64,000 bases of DNA from Podarcis filfolensis (taxonomy: Eukaryota). The DNA lies in NCBI GenBank assembly GCA_964270895.1, contig OZ185441.1; one strand, written 5' to 3'. Below, piece by piece: positions 57,901 to 64,000 of the stretch. The notes under the pieces were generated by a model. That model was not told the DNA's origin, did no database searches, and saw only the letters and a list, made by a program, of their open reading frames with translations. Made by a program: the position numbers and the translations under genes. Position 1 is the stretch's first letter. Every line of letters starts with the position of its first letter.

Positions 57901-60900
57901 GAAAGACAATGAGAAGGATTGGTACATTTAAAGAAAGGAGCAGCAGGAATCAGGAGAGAAAATCCCTCCTCAAGTGTCCATTTTCCAAAAAGGCAGCTCA
58001 ACACCCAAGCAAGACATGAGCTCATGTGCAGTTACAGTGAGCCCATACTGGACATAAAGCTGAAGGAACCACTTCCTTACAAAACACATGCTGGAGTGTA
58101 AGGAAATGGTGAAAAGCCAGGATAGATTTATACTACCTGCTATGCACCTGGATGACTGTGTCTAATACAGCCACATGAGCACTGGGATATGGAATGTATG
58201 GCTTACACCATTACAAGTGTACAGGAAGAAATGATTATGATCTGTATGTTTTAGTGATGATAGCCCCAATTGAGTGCCAGTAACAATGAGAATGACCTTT
58301 ATCTCCCAGAAGGATAACAACAGGAGGATTCAGAGAAGGAACTTTTGGAAACTTAAGGCAATAGAAACATAAGATGATTGGACCCCACTGAACTTGAAGC
58401 ATGGAAAGCCCCAACAAAAATTTACAATTTGGCAAAATATTTGGACTTTATGATGTGTATTTGTATAATTTGGAATATTTAATGTGATTTGATTAGATTG
58501 TTAAAATGGAAAACTTAATAAAAATTATTATAAAAACAAAAAGAGAATGACCTTTATCTCCCAAACCCGGACTAGTTTTGCTGCTGGGAAGATGGGATTC
58601 AATGGGCATATACAGCTCTAAAGAAAAGGCAGTAGAATCTTAGAATTGTAGAGTTGGCAGGGACCATGAGGGTCCTCTAGTCCAAACTTCTGCAATGCAG
58701 GAACCTTTCTGCCCAACATGGGACTCAAACCCTCAATCCTGAGATTAAGACTCTCATGTTCTAGCAGCTGAGCTAACTGAAACATTACTGAGATAATGTT
58801 TGCCCATTTTCAACGTTTGTTGTATTTTTTTAAAAGAATGGTAAGTGGACACGAAAGGAATGAGTTTGTCTCCTTTGGCTTCAGTGACTTTGCAGTTACC
58901 AGCCAATAGATGCCCACAACATTTTAATTCTTAAATGAAATATCTGTTTCATTTGAAAGTCAGTTACAGTAGATGCCATTCTACAGGAATAATCTATCTC
59001 CCAAGAAGAAAATTTAAAAGTTTGCAAGCTAGGAAACTGCAATTCCCCCACCCCAACATGGATGAATGTCATCTAGATATCATGCAAGAATTTAATGACC
59101 AACTGTGAATTTATGCAAAAGCTTCATCAGCTGGCAGTGCCATGAGAATGATTTCATTTTAAAAAAGGAATACAAAAGTTAGGATGCCCACCTGCGACCT
59201 CTGACTAAAAGCCTTGAAGCTTTTCCATACATTTCAACTGCTTGTCGTAAACGTTCTTCATTCTAGATAAGAAACCAAAATCATATGAGAACATTAATGA
59301 TTTGTCAGGTAAAATTCTCTCCAGTTTTACTTGCCTTAATACACAGCTCTATCAGCTGGGTGACCCAAACCTCTCTGAGTAAGCTTAACTGGAACATGAA
59401 ATTCCAGAAAAGTTGCAGCATTTAATGGAATAAATGCAAGCACTGCAAGGTAAACATTGCATTTTAAAAACTGTCGTGAGTTGAGAAAGTGAAGACAAAT
59501 AGCTTGCCTGTTTACCTGCTTGCAAAGCTTGGCCCCAATTTTCTAGCCCCATTTAGGCTTTGTTATCTACTCTTATGGCATATATACTATACAAATCAAA
59601 TGACATTTGCTGATGAAAGTAGTAAGACTCATGTAAAAAAGAATTCAGCAACACCAGTCTACTCAGCAGTGCTGTCAGAAAGACCAGACAAGAAGACATT
59701 TAATAAGCACACCTGAAGTTTCACCCTTTTGCAATAGGACTTGACTGCTGTTCACCTTTTATATTTTATTCTCTGCCATTCTCAACACATTTCCTGGGGA
59801 ACATACTATATTGGTTTCAGGCAACTTACTTCAAACACTGCTGCTGTCTGCTGATAAAGTTGTATAGCCTTGTCTGGATTTATATTTTCTATTACTCTGA
59901 AATAAAAAGTCAACATTATTATTTAGCTTGATGGCTTTTTTTTTTAAAGCAAACTAGATAAATCTAACTTCTTTTCCAGAAAAGAAACCAACGCTTTGAG
60001 TTTGCAGACTTACTTCCCAGCCCGATCCAGGGCTATAGCTGCTGTGTCAGGTGTTCCATTCTCCAGGTACATCATGCTGGCTCTCTGAATCATTTCCACT
60101 GCATCATGATGTTGTTTCATCTCCTAAAGGAGAAAGAAAGAGATTCACGTTTGTCAGGAAAAACGGCAAATCAAGGTCTATCTAATACTTTCATTTAGTT
60201 TTATCACATCATTGCATATTTGAAACTATTAAAAGTTTTGTTAAACCCTTTGATAAAAATCAGTACAACAATCTTTAGTAGATGGAAACATTAAAAAGGG
60301 AAAGGAATTCCTGCAAGAATCGTATAGTTTGCAAAGAGTGAATGACTGGGGCAACTGCAAACACCCATTTATACAATTTTATTTCAACACTTTATGATTT
60401 AAATCTAAATGTATGTATTTCACGAAGATGCACTGCATTTGAGGCGATATGAAAACTTCCTATGTTGTTGATCTGTGGTGGTTCAAGCATTGGCTATGTG
60501 TGTGAGAATCACCTGGAAAAGGTTTATTTAATGGGTTAGCTAAATGTCCTTCCCTCACTTTTATCCTAACCAAAAAGTGTAAATTTCTTCAAGCTGAAAA
60601 GATACAGCTCTTAAATACAGATTAGCTGACTTCCACGTCAACAATGGTTGAAATTCCTTACCAGGAACCACCTTCCTATTAAAATTACTTTGAAGTAAAC
60701 AGGGCAATTGTTAAGATGTTAGGAGTCCTTGAATTTAAGACTATTAAGTAGTACTGATTGAGATCACAAGTACTGGCTTCGCTGATAAATGGATCATACA
60801 AGCAGCACAATTGAAACCCAAGAGCCAGCAGAATGAAAAAGTTTGGATTTGGAGGACCTTGGGCTTGCTACCCTGGCTCAGTTGCACTGGTAGAAGTACC

Positions 60901-63900
60901 GAAAAAGGAGAGCCAGGTGCAGGGAAAGAAACTATCTAAACTTATTCCAAACCCCTTTTCAGCGTGGTCATGTGACCTAGCAACCTGGCAAAATCTACTC
61001 AAAATCTCAAAAAAACAAAAACAAAAAAACCCACAAAAAAACCCAACAAGTTTATTAAACTACAGGATTAGCACTGCACAGGACAAGCACCCAATAATTA
61101 GTTGTAACCAAATCAAATATAGATGGTTTGACTGGAAATGGCCATACCTTTAGCATCATGCCAACTTGTTCATAAGCTCTGAAACGCAAAGCAAAATTAA
61201 ATCAGTGCTGAAAGTGAATGAATTTAAAGTGTATCATACCAAAGAATATAGGACAGACAATCCTAAGATGCAGGCATCTTGGAGCCTATTCACTCCGCTG
61301 CAATATGTAGAACAGAACCAGACATCCAAATTACATGCGCTTTGATTTTTGCTCCATGACTTGACTTGAAATGGGAATTCACAGCTCTCTCCCATGAGGA
61401 CACTGGCTGTCCATGGGGAAAAAAGCAAGTCCCTTTTTTTAAAAGAGTAAAATAAAAAGTAGATGCATAACCGTACATCTCTTTTTACTACCTAATTCTG
61501 CAATATGTGAGAAAAACTCACAAGGTGCCGTATATACTCGAGTATAAGCCGACCCTAATATAAGCCGAGGCACCTAATTTTAGCACAAAAAACTGGGAAA
61601 ACTTATTGACTCAAGTATAAGCCGGTTCACCACACCATAAACCTGGTGGTGGCGGCAGCGGCGGAGGAAGAACAAGTAGCCCAAAAGGGGTGTTTTCAGG
61701 CTGCTCGTTCTTCCTCCACCACTGCTGACAGGGGCAAAGGCAGAGGAGGAGGAACCAGCAGCCCGAAAGGGCTCCTTTCGGGCCGCTTGTCCCTCCACCA
61801 CCGCCTCTTCCGCTTGCAAGAGCAGGCATAGGAGCAGCGGTTGGGAGAGGCACAGCGCAGCGCAGCACCTCTCCCAACCACGGCTCCTGTGCCTGCCCTT
61901 GCAAAAGGCGGGTGGCAGCGGAGGGACCAGTGGCGAGAAAGGGCTTCTTTCGGGCCACTCCTCCTACCGCTGCCACCTCACTCGAGTATAAGCCGAGGGC
62001 GGCTTTTTCAGCATAAAAAATGTGCTGAAAAAGTCGGCTTATACTCAAGTATATATGGTAATAAGGATTTGGGGGGGAAGTATAAAAAAACCCTGCGCTT
62101 TTTGATTATTTGTTTTGTAACTGCTCCAGAAACAGGTTTTGCCTTGAATCTTAATTTTGTTTGCCCAGGCTTAGGCAGAGCAACTGCCGCACTGCTGAAT
62201 GGGCTTTAGCTCTGGTGCAACTTTACACTGGCTTAACTTATTTCAGCTTCCTTTGTCCCAGCTTCCTGTGCACTGAATTGCTGAATTATATTTTGATGAG
62301 TGTCAACCTCAATTACATTTTCCATATACTGAAGAGCTCTCAACAAATTAAAACTGCATTCATACTTACTTTGCAGCATGGAAGAGACTGGAAGTAAATC
62401 ATTTTGAGTCAAGGATACAAATTATACCATGTCTTCCTGAAATAAATACTATATTCAATCTTGAACTGTTTTTAAAGAGGGTATATACTTGAATGCTATT
62501 GGTACAAGTTAACATTCATATATGGACCAAATAATTCCACAAAGATAAGACAATCATTCCAAAACTACTACTTTTGGTTGTGGAGCAACGGACCCTTCTG
62601 CATCGTGACAAGCAGCTTTTCTAGCTCAAACTTTTGATTGAAAAAGGCAAAAGATCCAATGGAGATGCAAAAGCTAGTGTGTCAAGAAGCACTTGTCAAG
62701 AGTCGTGGTCATGAGTCATGTGGTAAACAAAGAAACTTCTTGAATCCCCCCCCCCCAATATGATAGAAAACATTAAGTATTTCACTAAAAGTTTGGAATA
62801 AAAAAAAAAAGGAGTATCAGTCCAATAGTCATGTTTTCAAACCCTTAAGCAAAGCAAGAATTAATGAAAGGATACGCTTTATTGTTTTCCTGGCAGAGAG
62901 CTTCTTTATAATAGGCTTCTTTTGCCTGATCATATTGTTTGGCATTTTTAAAAGCAACAGCTGAAAAGAAATAGAAAAGAAACCATTAAAAATATATTAT
63001 GTTCTGTGTTTGCATGTACATAGTAATATCCATTTACTGCACCTCAGAAATAATATTTAGAAGGGAACTTTTAAGAGACAATTTGGATTTTTACTTCAGC
63101 AAAGTGATTTCCCCCTAGATCCTGTCAAGTTTATTATCACATTCATTAATCAAATAATGCCATACATTTCTTGCAATTTTAAAGAAATGTGAATTACTTT
63201 TTATTATTTGTATTAATCTTGAATAATGATATGAATCTTAAAGAAAATCACATTTTAGCATCAAAGGCTTTCACAATGTTATGGCTACAATATTTATGCA
63301 CGCATATTTGAAATTAAGCTTCATTTCACACTGCAGGGCTTACTTCCAAGTAAACAGGCATAGCATTAGGCTGCAAGAGACATACTTTGGCCTAAGAAGA
63401 TTAAACAACACTCCAAGCTCTAGCCACTAGGAAATACTGTGCAACCTGACATCCATCAATAGTCTAAGGTAACCTCTAGTTTTCTTAATATAATGACTGC
63501 TGGGGTTTTTTCCCTTGCCTGGGTCCCCCAGAAATGATGGCTCCCATGAATGCAGAAATATACTTTTCCTAGATATTCTGAAGTGTTTTGCTCCTGAAAA
63601 GCCTTTATAAATTAAACCAATCTATCATTTCAAACAACCCCCAGAATATATCACCTGTCTATTTTTACCCTATGTATTTATTCAGAAATGCAGCACAATG
63701 GCAGGTAGTCAGTTACCTACTGCTGCAAGAATACAGCACTGTGGGTTAGAGGAATTTCAACAAGTTAATCCACAAACTGCTTTAACTGCCAATAGAAGTT
63801 AGCTTTGCCAGGGAACATATGAAACATATTTAAGGTTGCAAAAACGAACTGCCAACGTTTTACAGAACATACCTGCTTTTGAATATTCAGTTGCTGCACT

Positions 63901-63940
63901 GTCATAGTCTGGCTTCCATTTTAATAATCCAGTTTTCAAA
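54760..63940 (-). CDS. NAPG: NAPG (gamma-SNAP), exons 2-12; exon 1 is beyond the window
   Basis: 11 phase-compatible exons (889 nt) translate to LKTGLLKWKPDYDSAA...NEERLRQAVE...KTIAQVLVHLHRNDYVAA...YAKLGLSLAVPGGG...SGLL*, matching vertebrate gamma-SNAP. Confidence 0.97.
55507..55636 (-). CDS. NAPG: NAPG exon 11 (130 nt): IPGFSESEDCAALEQLLEGYDQQDQDQVSDVCNSPLFKYMDND
   Basis: gcttcag|C, GAT|gtaagt. Confidence 0.96.
55735..56570 (+). mobile_element. Degenerate L2-clade LINE fragments in NAPG intron 10
   Basis: Decayed ORF2-like motifs (gctaataaactgaggctcaat, ctagctaatgcagaatg-like, ctggctacc, gccaaattcaatgtgttag). Confidence 0.6.
56832..56911 (-). CDS. NAPG: NAPG exon 10 (80 nt): KTIAQVLVHLHRNDYVAAEKCVRESC
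   Basis: cttttag|AAA, AG|gtaagt. Confidence 0.95.
57820..57898 (-). CDS. NAPG: NAPG exon 9 (79 nt): LDEAAVSIQKEKSLYKDIENYPTCYK
   Basis: ctttcag|A, AAG|gtataa. Confidence 0.95.
58309..58542 (+). mobile_element. 5'-truncated L1-like 3' end with 21-bp TSD
   Basis: GAGAATGACCTTTATCTCCCA at 58288-58308 and 58543-58563; the insert ends in AATAAA plus an A-rich tail. Confidence 0.85.
58633..58775 (-). mobile_element. tRNA-Lys(CTT)-headed SINE with CR1 3' tail
   Basis: Minus strand TAGCTCAGCTGCTAGAACATGAGAGTCTTAATCTCAGG...GGGTTTGAGTCCCATGTTGGGC, then TTCCTGCATTGCAG...GGACTAGAG...CAACTCTACAATTCTAAGATTCTA. Confidence 0.85.
59192..59262 (-). CDS. NAPG: NAPG exon 8 (71 nt): NEERLRQAVEMYGKASRLLVRGR
   Basis: tatctag|AAT, AG|gtgggc. 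Confidence 0.95.
59830..59896 (-). CDS. NAPG: NAPG exon 7 (67 nt): VIENINPDKAIQLYQQTAAVFE
   Basis: atttcag|A, GAA|gtaagt. Confidence 0.95.
60014..60123 (-). CDS. NAPG: NAPG exon 6 (110 nt): EMKQHHDAVEMIQRASMMYLENGTPDTAAIALDRAG
   Basis: cctttag|GAG, AA|gtaagt. Confidence 0.95.
61148..61178 (-). CDS. NAPG: NAPG exon 5 (31 nt): AYEQVGMMLK
   Basis: gtttcag|A, AAG|gtatgg. Confidence 0.93.
61528..62058. mobile_element. Tc1/mariner-type MITE (531 bp) in NAPG intron 4
   Basis: TIR CCGTATATACTCGAGTATAAGCCGA / TCGGCTTATACTCAAGTATATATGG; flanks TG/TA (TA TSD); repeated internal AGTATAAGCCG motifs. Confidence 0.88.
62370..62387 (-). CDS. NAPG: NAPG exon 4, 18-nt microexon (T CTC TTC CAT GCT GCA AA; LFHAA)
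   Basis: ttccag|T, AA|gtaagt; supplies the ALFHAAK segment of gamma-SNAP. Confidence 0.92.
62388..62875 (-). other. NAPG: U12-type (minor spliceosome) GT-AG intron, NAPG intron 3
   Basis: 5' splice site GTATCCTTT; branch site TCCTTGAC at 62415-62408, about 20 nt from the CAG acceptor; no strong pyrimidine tract. Confidence 0.9.
62876..62960 (-). CDS. NAPG: NAPG exon 3 (85 nt): VAFKNAKQYDQAKEAYYKEALCQENNK
   Basis: cttttcag|CT, GC|gtatccttt (U12-type donor). Confidence 0.95.
63873..63940 (-). CDS. NAPG: NAPG exon 2 (68 nt): LKTGLLKWKPDYDSAATEYSKA
   Basis: atttcag|T, G|gtatgt (minus strand). Confidence 0.95.
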
Positions 63941-64000
63941 CTGAAATGTAGAATAAACCAAGAAATTAATAACAATTCATTTTATTTAAAAAAACCTCTT

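Noticed and set aside
61580-62209. GC-rich ORFs in NAPG intron 4
   Set aside because: Interior of a non-autonomous MITE; no transposase motifs.
63533-63582. C/D box snoRNA-like ATGATGG...CTGA in NAPG intron 2
   Set aside because: Box C is mismatched, the span is too short, and there is no terminal stem.
1-64000. CRISPR arrays, operons, rRNA or prokaryotic defence systems
   Set aside because: The sequence is intron-rich vertebrate DNA; the direct repeats found are TSDs or microsatellites, with no repeat-spacer periodicity.

Overview
Vertebrate genomic DNA, most likely a lacertid (Podarcis-like) lizard judging by its Sauria SINEs and MITE families. The window holds two convergent genes. PIEZO2 lies on the + strand: I traced its last 29 coding exons by hand from 1058 to the stop at 36267 (4654 nt, about 1550 aa, with phase-compatible AG/GT junctions throughout), followed by a long 3' UTR. 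NAPG (gamma-SNAP) lies on the - strand: exons 2-12 run from 63940 to the stop at 54760, and exon 1 is beyond the window. Introns and the intergenic gap contain SINEs, L1/L2/CR1/Penelope fragments, hAT and Tc1/mariner MITEs, a solo LTR and microsatellites. Most ORFs in the supplied track are spurious. The most interesting observations are: (1) a candidate 51-nt exon placed to be mutually exclusive with the PIEZO2 lateral-plug exon; (2) three symmetric cassette exons flanked by RBFOX or QKI motifs; (3) a Penelope-type hammerhead ribozyme core in sense orientation in a PIEZO2 intron; (4) a U12 minor intron directly before an 18-nt NAPG microexon; (5) SINEs that share one CR1 tail but carry different tRNA heads. 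Comparisons to human or mouse proteins are from recall, not from a search.
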